A stretch of 64,000 nucleotides of DNA from the human T2T-CHM13v2.0 reference genome, Homo sapiens. Shown here in pieces: positions 14,394 through 28,940 of this stretch. A program made the translations under genes and the position numbers. How positions within the stretch are numbered: position 1 is the first letter of the stretch; every line of letters starts with the position of its first letter. The stretch lies in the NCBI RefSeq assembly GCF_009914755.1, contig NC_060935.1. One strand, 5' to 3'. Below the pieces are notes generated by a model. That model was not told the DNA's origin and searched no databases. It saw only the letters and a program-made list of their open reading frames with translations.

Positions 14394-16654
14394 TGATATG
14401 GTTTGGCTGTGTTCCCACTGAAATCTCAATGTGAATTTTATCTCCCAGAATTCCTACATGTTGTGGGACAAACCCAGTGGGAGGTAATTGAATCACAGGG
14501 GCCTTTCTTTCCCGTGCTATTCTCGTGATAGTGAATAAGTCTCATGAGATCTAATGGGTTTATCAGGGGTTTCCGCTTTTGCTTCTTCCTCATTTCTCTC
14601 TTGCCCCCGCCATGTAAGAAGTGCCTCTCACCTCCCGCCATGATTCTGAGGCCTCCTTAGCCATGTGGAGTTGTAAGTCCAATTAAACCGCTTTTTCTTC
14701 CCAGTCTTGGGTATGTCTTTATCAGTAGCATGAAAATGAACTAATACAGTACATTGGTACCAGTAAAGTGGGGCGTTGCTGAAAAATACCCAAAAATTTG
14801 GAAGTGACTTTGGAACTGGGTAACAGAGGTTGGAACAGTTTGGAAGACTCAGAAGAAGACAAGAAAATGTGGGAAAGTTTGGAACTTCCTAGAGACTTCT
14901 TGAATGGCTTTGACAAAAATGCCGATAGTGATGTGAACAGTCCAGGCTGAGGTGGTCTCAGATGGAAATGAGGAACTTCTTGGGAACTGGACCAGAGGTG
15001 ACTCTTGTTACGTTTTAGCAAAGGGACTGGTGGCAGTTTGCCCTTGCCCTAGAGATTTGTGGAACTTTGAACTTGAAAGAGATGATTTAGGTATCTGGCC
15101 AAAGAAATTTCTAAGCAGCAAAGCATTCAAAAGGTGACTTGGGTGCTGTTAAAAGCATTTAGTTTTATAAAGGAAGCAGAGCATAAAAGTTCAGAAAATT
15201 TGCAGCCTGACAATGCAGTAGAAAATAAAAACCCATTTTTTGAGGAGAAATTCAAGCCAGTTGCAGAAATTTGCATAAGTAGCAAGGAGCCTAATGTTAA
15301 TCCCCAAGACCAAGGGGAAGATGTCTCCAGGCCATGTCAGAGACTTTCACGTCAGCCCCTCCCATCACAGGCCTGGAGGCCCAGGAGGATATGGTTTTGT
15401 AGGCTGGGCCCAGGGTCCCTGTGCTGTGTGCAGTCTAGGGACTTGGTGCCCTGTGTCTCAGCCACTCCAGCTGTGGCTGAAAGGGGCCAACGTATGGCTC
15501 AGGCTGTGGCTTCAGAGGTTGGAAGCCCCAAGCCTTGGCAGCTTCCACTTGGTGTTGAGAGTGCAGTTGCACAGAAGTCAAGAATTCAGGTTTGGGAACC
15601 TCTGCCTAGATTTCAGATGCATGGAAATGCCTGGATGTGTGGGCAAAAGTTTGCTGCAGGGGCGGGGCCCTGATGGAGAACCTCTGCTAGGGCAGTGCAG
15701 AAGGGAACTGTGGGGTTGGAGCCCCCACACAGAGTCCCCACTGGGGCACTGCCTAGTGGAGCTGTGAGAAGAGAGCCACCATCCTCCAGACCCCAGAATG
15801 GTAGATCCACTGACACCTTGCATCGTGCTCCTGGAAAAGCTGCAGGCACTCAGTGCCAGCCTGTGAGAGCAGCCAGAAGGGAGGCTGTACCCTGTAAAAC
15901 CACAGGGGCGGAGCTGCCCAAGACCATGGGAATCCATCTCTTGTATCAGTGAGACCTGGAGTCACAGGAGATCATTTTGGAGCTTTAAAATGTGACTGTC
16001 CCACTGGATTTCGGACTCGCATGGGCCCTGTAACCCCTTTGTTTTGGCCAATTTCTTCCATTCAGAATGGCTGTATTTACCCAGTACCTGTACCCGCATT
16101 GTATCTAGGAAGTAACTAGCTTGCTTTTAGTTTTACAGGCCCATAGGTGGAAGGGATTTGCCTTGTCTCTGATGAGACTTTGGACTGTGGACTTTTGGGT
16201 TAATGCTGAAATGAGTAAGACTTTGGGGGAACTGTTGGGAAGGCATGATTGGTTTTGAAATATGAGGACATGAGATTTGGAGGGGCCAACGGCAGCATGA
16301 TATGATTTGGCTGTGTCCCCACTGAAATCTCAACTTGAGCTGTATCTCCCAGAATTCCCACGTGTTGTGGGAGGGACTCGGCGGGGGGTAATTGAATTAT
16401 GGGGTCTAGTCTTTCCCGTGCTATTCTCATGATAATGAATAAGTCTCACGAGATCTGATGGGTTTATCAGGGGTTTCCGCTTTTGCTTCTTCCTCATTTC
16501 TCTCTTGCCACTGCCATGTAAGAAGTGCCTCTCACCTTCCACCATGATCCTGAGGCCTCCCCAGCCATGTGGAACTGTTTAAGTCCAATTAAACCTCTTT
16601 TTCTTCCCAGTCTCAGGTATATCTTTATCAGCATTGTGAAAATGAACTAATACA
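14394..16654 (+). mobile_element. Full-length THE1 (THE1A-type) ERVL-MaLR provirus: 5' LTR 14394-14748, internal 14749-16297, 3' LTR 16298-16654
   Basis: Both LTRs run TGATATG...ACTAATACA and share GGTTTATCAGGGGTTTCCGCTTTTGCTTCTTCCTCATT. Perfect TSD ATCCT at 14389-14393 and 16655-16659. The internal region carries the decayed MaLR ORF (e.g. 15134-15673). Confidence 0.95.
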
Positions 16655-16993
16655 ATCCTTAAGTGCTTTTAACAAGCAAATGCTTACTTCATTTATATTT
16701 GTCCTTATCAGTATCAGTTTTGCTAGCTTACCTTTTTGCATGTTAGATTTTCTTAAAGGGAGAATTACAGCTGTGACACGAGAGTGGTTAGCATTGAATG
16801 GACAGTCTAAGAATTTTGTTCAGAAGGTTTGGATTCTGGTCAGAGAGCCTGGAGATATAATTTCTATTCTTATGTATGATAAGGGAGGTAGTCCTATCTG
16901 TTCGTTTGCCATTTCCAAGTTCTTCATCTAGTTAATATGAACAGCTTTAAAAATTAGGGCTTTAAAGTAAAACAGCCTTATATAATTATTGGC

Positions 16994-17120
16994 CTCTCTC
17001 TCTCTTCCTTTGTCTCTCCCTCTCTTCCTTTTTTACCTCCCTCCCTCCCTCTCTGCTTCCCTATCCCCAAACCCTGTGTCCCCTCCCCAGTCTCCTGACA
17101 CTGTCTCTTTCTTTCTCTCA
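16994..17120. repeat. CT-rich low-complexity tract
   Basis: Pyrimidine-dominated (ctctctc/ctccctc) run. Confidence 0.7.
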
Positions 17121-17427
17121 TCAGTATAGATGGTGGTAGGAAAAATGTTTATATCTAAATTGATCAGTAATTGTAAATATGCAGTATACTGCATAAGTTA
17201 ACCCTGAGATGTGTTTAACTGAGTTTTATCTCAGTTTCTCCCTGGCAGGTGGTGCTCATTTAATAGAGAACTCAAAAAAGTAGCCTGTGTTCAGTCCCTA
17301 ATAGACCATTGTTGATGTCATAGAATAATTTCTTTTTCTATATACTATCATATGGTCAGGTAAGCATTTTTAGAGAATGAGTTAGAATTTCATGAAGACT
17401 GGGTTTAGGTTAAAATACATTCATCTG

Positions 17428-17765
<338 letters not shown>

Positions 17766-17882
17766 TTATTGTTTTTTATCTCAAGTTGAATTTCTCCAGG
17801 TTCCATTTTTCAGTAGTCTTGTCCTTGTTTAGGTAAAAAGTGATTACATAGGAAAATCTGTTGGGTGAAAAGGAAGCAAAAC

Positions 17883-18163
17883 TTTTTTTTTTTTTTTTTT
17901 TTTCGAAATGGGGTCTTGCTCTGTCACCCAGGCTGGAGTGATGCAGTGGCACTATCTCAGCTCACTGCAACCTCCGCCTCTGCCTCCTGGGTTCAAGTGA
18001 TTCTCCTGCCTCAGCCTCCCCAGCAGCTGGGATTACAGGCATGCACCACCACACCTGGCTAATTTTTGTAGAGATGGGGTTTTGAACTACTGACCTCAAG
18101 TAATCCACTTGCCTCAGCTTCCCAAAGTGCTGGGATTATAGGCGTGAGCCACTGTGCCTGGCC
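17883..18163 (-). mobile_element. Alu (S-like), internal deletion
   Basis: Poly-T head, ends CACTGTGCCTGGCC. Confidence 0.92.
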
Positions 18164-18231
18164 AGAAACCTTTTAAAACTGCATACAAGCAAAACCAGAC
18201 CAGAGCACCATATAGCAGTCAGAGAAGAGGG

Positions 18232-18298
18232 TTTTCTGAGTCATAAATATTGACTCAGAAAAAAAATTCAATATTTTTCTGAGTCAAAAATATTGAAT
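18232..18298. repeat. Interlocked inverted/direct repeat with three AP-1 consensus sites
   Basis: TGAGTCA 18237-18243, TGACTCA 18251-18257, TGAGTCA 18280-18286; perfect 12-bp and 13-bp stems, each with a 7-nt loop. Confidence 0.9.
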
Positions 18299-18485
18299 GG
18301 TGTGAGGAAGAGTGGAACAGAATTGGTACACCTTAGTTCGTGTAAAATAAGGAAGTGTGTCAGAATAGCCAAGTGCTAAGTTTAGAAATGAGCTAAATAA
18401 ATGGAGATTCCTGAGACCCTGCCTGGAACCAATTCTTACCAGTGTTAAGGTCACAGTTAAAATTTCCCAAGCTCTCCCGGATAAT

Positions 18486-18789
18486 GATTGATTGATTGAT
18501 TGATTGATTGACAGGCTCTCATTCCAGTTGCCCAGGCTGGAGTGCAATAGTATGATCTTGGCTCACTGTAGCCTCAATCCTCTGGACTTAGGTGATTCTC
18601 CACCTCAGCCTCCTGAATAGCTGGGACTACAAGAATGTGCCACCACACCTGGCTAATTTTTGTGTCTTTAGTAGAGATGGAGTCTTGCCGTGTTGCCCAG
18701 GCTGGAATCAAACTCCTGGACTCAAGCAATCTGCTCACTTCAGCCTCCCAAAATGCTGGGATTACAGGCATGAGCCACCACACCTGACC
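18486..18789 (-). mobile_element. Alu (J-like) with (GATT)n tail
   Basis: Tail converted to a GATT microsatellite; TSD ctctcc(c/t)ggataa. Confidence 0.92.
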
Positions 18790-18804
18790 TCTCCTGGATA
18801 ACTA

Positions 18805-18840
<36 letters not shown>

Positions 18841-19929
18841 AAAAAAACTGGTAAAGAGTTGTCCAAATACAGATGTTTCTATTTTTCCTCTACACATGTT
18901 CAGACTGATACAGGTTATGTTTCCAAAATCATGTAGTTTGGATGGGTTCACTTTTAACCCCTCCCAGCTGGAGGGTATGCAGGCTTTCCTGTTAGGACTA
19001 GTACAGATCTCTTCTTATGGGTGAGAAAATAGTCACTGTTCCTTTGCAATGATATGTAAGTGTCATTGTCCTCTGTGTTTGAGGATAAACCATGCCCTCT
19101 TTGTACCTGTCTGTCTTCTTTGAGTTGGTGCCCATCATACTGCAGATAAGAATTTGCACAGCTTATCAATAAGCCAGTTCTCTCTCTTCCCTCAAATACT
19201 GGGTGGTTTTCTCAAAAAAGACCCACATGGTTCGGGATAAAGTGTTTGGTTACTTGCTTTGATGTAGTTATAGTTTCTAAAACTGTAGCCCAAAAGAGTA
19301 GCCAATGCTTAGTCTTTAGTAGGCCATTGTCGATGTTGCTCTTCCTGCCATTCTTTTCTGTGAACTCACTATAAGTGCTTTTGATCTCTTGATTTTATAA
19401 ACACCTATGTAGTGGTTTTATGTAGCAGGCGTTGTTCTGGATCCCACTCTGTGTAATAGGGACAAAATTAATAACATGCCAGTCTTGATGGACTGGATAG
19501 GTCTCAAAACTTCATTGTAAGTCATGTGTCTTGTTTGCCTTTTCATTGGTAACTGTCCCTCACGATTGAGGCTATGAGTTCAATAAAGAGAGATCTTGCT
19601 GTCTTTGTTCAGCATTATGTGTGTAGCTCTTGATACATTTATTGGCAGATGACATGCTATAGAGTGCTCATTTATTTCAGAGTCCATTGGTCGACAGTCT
19701 TCCTGATTGATGACTGTAGTTTCTGCATAATTATGATTGCCCTTTTCACTCTTGAAAGTATCCCACAATGGCTGATAAATTACATATGCGAACTAGAGTA
19801 TTTACTATGTGTATTCTAAAGTTAATTTTATGAGTTTGAGATTATTTTTAAGCTTTAACAGGAACTATTAAAAAAGGGTATTGTTTGTCTTCTGGATATA
19901 AAGTGACAGTAGTTCACTTTGTGGTATTA

Positions 19930-20289
<360 letters not shown>

Positions 20290-20965
20290 TCAGATACTAC
20301 TCAAGTCACGCTTAAGGGAGTTAGCATTTTCAGCTAGTGATTGTGTGGACATTGGAGGAGTCAAAGACAGAGCTGCCAAAAGGTTTTCTGGTAAAACCAA
20401 AGGTCTTTTCCCTCCCCACCTTGAATGACATTGCATCTCAAGAGAGTCCTCGCTTGATGCTGTTAATTAATTAATCTCAGTTTACTTTGCATTCTGACTT
20501 TGGGTATTTTTTTCATTTTTTGAAAAACAGTTCTTCTGATATCAAAACACTTGAAAAGCCATTTAATGACTTGGTTTTATTCACTGTTTGAGACAGATTG
20601 TTTCAAAGTGAGGACTATGCATTACACAAACATTGTTAACTATAATTGTATCCTGTATACATTTTTTAAAGGTTTGTTTTGATGTTGGCACCTGTTTAAG
20701 ATTTTCCTTTTTTGCTTCTTTTTGACACCATTTGTCAGAAAATGCTGGTTGAAAGGGATTGTTTGCATTTCATTTTTTGGTAAATTCAGCTTCATGTTCA
20801 TTTGTTTACCAATAAACTTATTAGAATTGTGCAAAGTGAATATAAACCGTTTACACACATTGGTTACTCTTGTTTCAGTTAGTAATTATCCCTGCAAATT
20901 GAATTAATAGTAAAATGTGTAAAACATTACAATTTTTTACTTTTTTTATTTTTTACTGGCATAGG

Positions 20966-21272
20966 GGCCCGGCATAGTGGTTCATGCCTGTAATCCCAGC
21001 GCTTTGGGAGGCCGAGGCAGGAGATCACCTGAGGTCAGGAGATGGAGACCAGCCTGGCCAACATGGTGAAACCCCGTCTCTACTAAAAATACAAAAATTA
21101 TCTGGGAGTGGTGGTGCTTGCCTGTAATCCCAGCTACTCTGGAGGCTGAGGCAGGAGAATCACTTGAACCAGAGAGTTAGAGGTTGCAGTGAGCCAAGAT
21201 GGCGCCACTGCACTCCAGCCTGGCAACAGAGTGAGACTCCGTCTCAAAAATAAATAAATAAATAAACAAACA
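20966..21272 (+). mobile_element. Alu (S-like) with (TAAA)n tail
   Basis: Full dimer. Confidence 0.95.
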
Positions 21273-21384
21273 ATTTGGTTTAAAAAATACTAGGATTTTA
21301 CTTAAAAAGATTTTTAAACTCGACAATTCTTACTAAGCTCTAGGATTTTAAGTTTATTAATAAAACTCTTGTGGCACACAGAAT

Positions 21385-21681
21385 TTTTGGGTTTTTTTGG
21401 GACAGAGTCTCACTCTGCTACCCCAGGGATGGAGTACAGTGGCGATGTCAGCTCACTGCAGCCTCCACCTCCTGGGTTCAAGCAATTCTCCTGCCTCAGC
21501 CTCCCGAGTAGCTGGGACTACAGGCACGTTGCTACCATGCTCGGCTAATTTTTGTATTTTTTGTAGAGATGGGGTTTCACCATGTTGCCAAGGCTGGTTT
21601 CAAACTCCAAGGCCCAAGTGATCTGCCTGTCTTGGCCTCCCACAGGGCTGGGATTACAGGCATAAGCCACCACGCCTGGCC
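21385..21681 (-). mobile_element. Alu
   Basis: Full antisense dimer ending CACGCCTGGCC. Confidence 0.93.
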
Positions 21682-21856
21682 TAGAATTGTTTATCTAATG
21701 TCAAAGTTTAATATGGTTTTGGAAGGAAGTTATGAGTTTCACACAAATGCTTATAATTAAGAAATAAGTTTAGATGACAATAGCATATTAGGCTGTTAAG
21801 ATTTCAACTCTGCTGTTTTATAGGAAGCCACATGGAGGTCATTTACGGTTACTAGT

Positions 21857-22223
21857 TATCTTAGTCAGCTTGGGCAGCCATTAAAAAATAATACTGTAGA
21901 CGGAGTGGCCCAAACGAGAGAAATTTATTTCTTATAGTTTTGGCATGGTAGATTTCATCCTGAGGTCTCTTCTCTTGGTTTGTAGTTGGCTGTCAATCTC
22001 CCTGCATGCTCACACGACCGCTTTTTGTACATACAGTAAGAAAATACACACTGTCATATCATTTTTTTGTAAGGGAACTGATTTCATCATGAGGACCCTG
22101 CCACTCTCATGACCTGATCTAATCGTAATTAACTCCAAAGACCCTATCTCCAAATGTCAGCACATTGAGGGATTAGCACTTCAGCGATGACTTTTGGGAG
22201 GACACGGATATTTAGTCCAAAAC
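21857..22223 (-). mobile_element. MLT1A-like solo LTR (MaLR)
   Basis: TCTTAGTCAGCTTGGGC..AGAAATTTATTTCT..CTCATGACCTGATCTAATC..CACATTGAGGGATTAG..TAGTCC pattern of an antisense MLT1A LTR. Confidence 0.7.
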
Positions 22224-22796
22224 ACTGTTTTAACTGAAAAGAGTTTGCATTATGGACGTTTATGTTTGAAAAATCAGCTATTTAGGTAGTGGTGGTCTCT
22301 CACTTTATTTGCCATTGACTTGTTAGGGAAACCTTTTGCTTTCTCATTTCAAGATGCTAGATTAGTACCTTATTATCATACTTAATCTGTTAACTGTGAT
22401 TTAGAAATATCAGGATGCTATAAACAACATGGAATTATGTGCAGATATATGATTGAGAGTTGGATTTTTTTTACATCTCAGTATTGTTCTGCATATTATT
22501 CAGAGGTATGTACTTTGTCCTAATATGCTATGTTATGGCTCTTTTTTTAATCTATGAAAAATTATATATATTTATTTATATATGTATAATATATATATTA
22601 AATATATATATATTTAAGAATGCATAAAACACACTTATTCTAAATAGTGATTTTGATGGAAATACGCTTCCAGGTTAACCACTCTCCAGGTTAATAAAGA
22701 GAATATTGCTAGTTCCTTAGAAGTCTTCCACGTACCTCTCACAGATCACATCCCTTTCCCTCTATCCAGAGGTAACTTCTGGCCTTTTATTTTACC

Positions 22797-23298
<502 letters not shown>

Positions 23299-23325
23299 TT
23301 ATTTTTTAGTTTTACCATCTACATG

Positions 23326-23852
23326 TGTATTTCTTTCAGTTACCTACTACTGCATAACAAACTACCCTAAAACTTACGGCTTAAAACAACCATTTTATTG
23401 TATCTTACAAATTTGTGAATTAGGGATTCAGTCAAGGCACAGCAGGGTGATTCTTTTCCATGCAGCATTGATGGAGGTCACTCAGTGCCATTCAGCTGGC
23501 AGACTGGATCCAAAGATAGCTTTACTCATAGGTCTTGCTTGCACTTTGATGTGGATGGCTGGAAGGCTGGGCTTAGCTGGAACTGTGTACCAGAGTGTGT
23601 GTACATGGCCTTTCTAGCATTGCGGTCTGAAGGCAGTTGGATTTCTTAAATGGCAGCTGAGATTTCCTAGAGAGGCAGCCTCAAGAGGCTTGGGCAGAAG
23701 TTTCAAGCTTCTTCAAATCTAACCTTGGACATCCCATTGTATTGGTCAGGCCAATCACCAAGACCAGAATGGATTCAAGCCAAAGGAATTAGACTTCATT
23801 TTTCAATGGGAGGAATAGTAAAAAAATTGGTGGTCATTTTTAATTTGCCACA
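23326..23852 (-). mobile_element. MLT1H-like solo LTR
   Basis: CTGCATAACAAACTACCCTAAAACTTA..GGCTGGAAGGCTGGGCTTAGCTGG..TTTAATTTGCCACA. Confidence 0.7.
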
Positions 23853-23859
23853 GTTCTTA

Positions 23860-25170
<1,311 letters not shown>

Positions 25171-25239
25171 ACAATGGTAAAAACATCTGTCTCCTTTGCC
25201 CTTTAATGTAAATGTTTCTATAATCTGAAGATGGAACTA

Positions 25240-25430
25240 ACAAGATCTGGGTTGAAACCTCAGTTCTGCTTCTTACTGCCTTAGGACCTGAGGCAAGTCA
25301 CATAAACTCTCTAAACTTCAGTTTTCTTATCTATAAAATAAGTGGTAATACCTACTAAGCAGAGTTACTAAGAGAATAGGGTATCATGTTAAAACCCTGA
25401 GTGTAGAAACTAGTGCATAATATCTCTTAG
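25240..25430 (+). mobile_element. MIR
   Basis: CTGGGTTGAAACCTCAGTTCTGC..GGCAAGTCAC..TTCAGTTTTCTTATCTATAAAAT core. Confidence 0.7.
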
Positions 25431-25963
25431 TGAATGGAATTAATATACTACATCTCTCTCTCCTTAAAGTTTGTGGGATATTCAGTTTTAAACTGGGTGC
25501 CATATAATGTTTTAATATCCTTGTTAACAAATTTATCAAAATCACATATATGGGTAGAATTTAGGTGATGGGTATATGAATGTTCGCTGTACAAGTCTTC
25601 CAATTTTGCTGTATGTGAAGAATTTTCATAAACTTTTGAGAAAAAAACAACATATATGAAAAATATAGAATGCTTAAAAGACTTTGCTGCCTCTCCCTGC
25701 TCCATGTGAAATCACAGTAAAGCCAAGTTAAATCTGACTTTTTAGGTTAAATGTTTTATTGAAACTATTAGCACACACATGCTCTTGTGGGTTGATTTAG
25801 TTCTAAATATTTCACGTTATTAGAGTCATTGACTTTTTTTTTTTTTTTTAAAGTCATGGAGTTCCTTTTCTCAATATCATTAACCTTGTAAGATCTTCTA
25901 AAAGTGTTTACAACACAGCTTATAATTAACTGATTTTTGGAGAGGTGGAAGGGAACTAAGTTC

Positions 25964-26269
<306 letters not shown>

Positions 26270-26294
26270 ATAGGGAACTAAGTTCTTTGGTGCA

Positions 26295-26640
26295 TTGGTT
26301 ATCTTTTGCTGCATTAACTGACTATGGAAAAAATTAGTGGCCTAAAATAATAATTCTGTCATTCGAGTTGGGCTCAGCTGAGCAGTTCTTCTGCTGATAC
26401 TGCCTGAAGTCACTCATGCATCTGTATCTGGCAGCTATACTGGGGCTGGAGGGTCTAGGAAGGTCTCTCACTCAAATGTCTGGTGCCAGCTCATCTGGGC
26501 CTTTCTTTTCACGTTTTCACCATTCATCTGTTTAGTCCAGGCTTCCTTAGGTGTTGCTGGGAACATTCCAAAAGGGGGAAGGTGGAAGCTTTAAGGCCTC
26601 CTGAGGCCATTGTACAATTTCACTTCTACCACATTCTGTT
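26295..26640 (-). mobile_element. Old MLT1 LTR fragment
   Basis: GGGCTCAGCTGAGCAGTTCTTCTGCTG..CACTCAAATGTCTGGTG..CACTTCTACCACATTCT motifs. Confidence 0.55.
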
Positions 26641-28647
26641 GTAGATTAGTTTAGGCATGAACTGAAATGGAAAATTTAGCAGAAATGGATCCTGGATTTT
26701 CTGGTACCCGTGTTTCGTTTAATTACTTTGTTGCTTTCTCTCCCTCCCTGAGTTCAATTAAGTTGAGAAAAGTGTTCATTGTTATTACTGATGGATTAGA
26801 CTTTATTTGCTCTTCATTGAATGTTTCAGTTAATTTACAGACTAGTAAATTATCTGAGTCATCAAGTTATGTACGTGTATGTGGGTATCTATATACATAA
26901 ATATAGATAAAATAATGCAGGAGGCGAATACTTGCAGTTGCTTTAGGATGATTGTTATATTCCTGTGGTTCCTGCTTCCCAGAAATGTTTTCTGTGATTA
27001 CATCACACGTGTCCAGGTTTCTTATGAATGAACACTTAAGGAGCACTGCTTCACTGGAGGGTAATTAACACATTCTCAGACATTTAATTTCAAAAGCAAA
27101 GCATATATGTCTTTCTCTAAAGGCCCATGAAAACAAGTTTTTTTTTTTTCTCTTCATGAAATTGAGTGATTATAAAAACTGATTTAATCCATTGTAATTT
27201 TTTGTTATCCAAAAGTTGATTTTAAACAGTGAATCAGATTTCGGCACTGTGATTCATACTCCCAAAATGAGTAACATGATTAGCAGGATATTCCTAGTTG
27301 TTCTCTTGACTTAAAAAAAAAAAAGTCCATGGTGACTCCTCCATTTTTGGTAGTGGAGTTGTATTGGGTCTATGAAGAGGCTTTGCGAGAAAAAAGAGCA
27401 GCTATTTATGGAGCATTTCCTCAGGCCTGCAATTTGAAGCTATTATAGCAAAGTTGCTGAGCAAGTCCGTGATTGCAGGCCAACAGTCATTCAAGCCCCC
27501 ATCCTGCAGTCTGTGTGGAGTGAGTTCAAAACTACTGCTGTGCAAAGTTTTCCCTCTGCAGTGTTTATCAGTTGCCTACTTTGTAAAGAGCAAGGGTTTC
27601 AGGCATTCTAAACCCGCTTTGTTAACTGGTAGATTATTAAGCAGTTACAGGATATAAGCTAGTTTTTGGGTGTTCGGGAGATTGTTCAGCATTTAAGAAT
27701 ACAATGATTCCCCCATCCCCTACTCCCTTTTAGTTACTTAAAATCAAACCATCTTATCATAAAATGCAGATTTTATGCAGATTTTTCCAGCAGTTTTACT
27801 TACGCTTATAAAAACAGATGTTGGGTTGTCTGTCAAAGGAATTATATCCTGTAGACCTGGAATCTGTGTTTGAGGGGAATTTGATTTTAGATTGTAGATT
27901 GCTTTGTTGCCTACCTATGAAAACATCATTTATTTTTGTGTAGGGTTTTGTGAGCTTTTTTTTTAAATGGTGACAGAAAATGAAAATAGCCTAATTGTGT
28001 TTTTTATCATCAAAGGATGAAATTGGCTTATCCGAATTTGGCTGGAAAATTTGATTTGGTATCAGCAAATGATGAACTGAAAATCAATGAGCTTTAATCT
28101 GCTCTGGATAATATTAACAGGGGTTTATCCTAAATAGGACTCTTCTAACCTGTGAATCTTAGAACCTTTCCACTTTTTGGTGTCAAAGTTTTAAAGCATA
28201 GTAGCTTTTCTGTATATATAGTCTGATAGTGTAAAAAAAATTGGGTGTTGTTGCATGTTATTCTCTGTCCCTGTAAAAAAAAAAAAATCTGTATTTTTCC
28301 ATTGTTCTGGAAAAAATTCAATTTCAAGGAAAATTTTATATAGCTACTAGAAAATTAGTTTTTAGCAATATCTATGATTTTCATTTCAAGAAAGCAACAA
28401 TTGATAGGAATTATGTTTTGAGGATTGAAATCTACTCTAAATTGAAAGTGTTCACATTTAATATAATAATCTAGGATATTTAAAAGTCATATGGGCATTC
28501 TATAAAAGAGAAGTATTTCTTAATCTGTTTCAGTACCCCCCATGCCAACAAAACTACGCATGATAGCAACACACACTAAAAAGAGAAAGAACAGTGTCAT
28601 TAAAGGATGTCCCCCAGATTACTAGGCCTTTTAAAAATGACATCTTA

Positions 28648-28940
<293 letters not shown>

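Noticed and set aside
15134-15965. Cluster of long overlapping ORFs (179, 157, 119 aa)
   Set aside because: Decayed, GC-rich THE1 internal ORF broken by stops and frameshifts; not a new gene.
22560-22615. AT palindromic run
   Set aside because: Ordinary degenerate (TA)n microsatellite.
27340-27660. Enhancer-like unique segment with CTATTTATGG (CArG/MEF2-like)
   Set aside because: The motif mismatches both consensuses; conservation cannot be assessed from this sequence alone.
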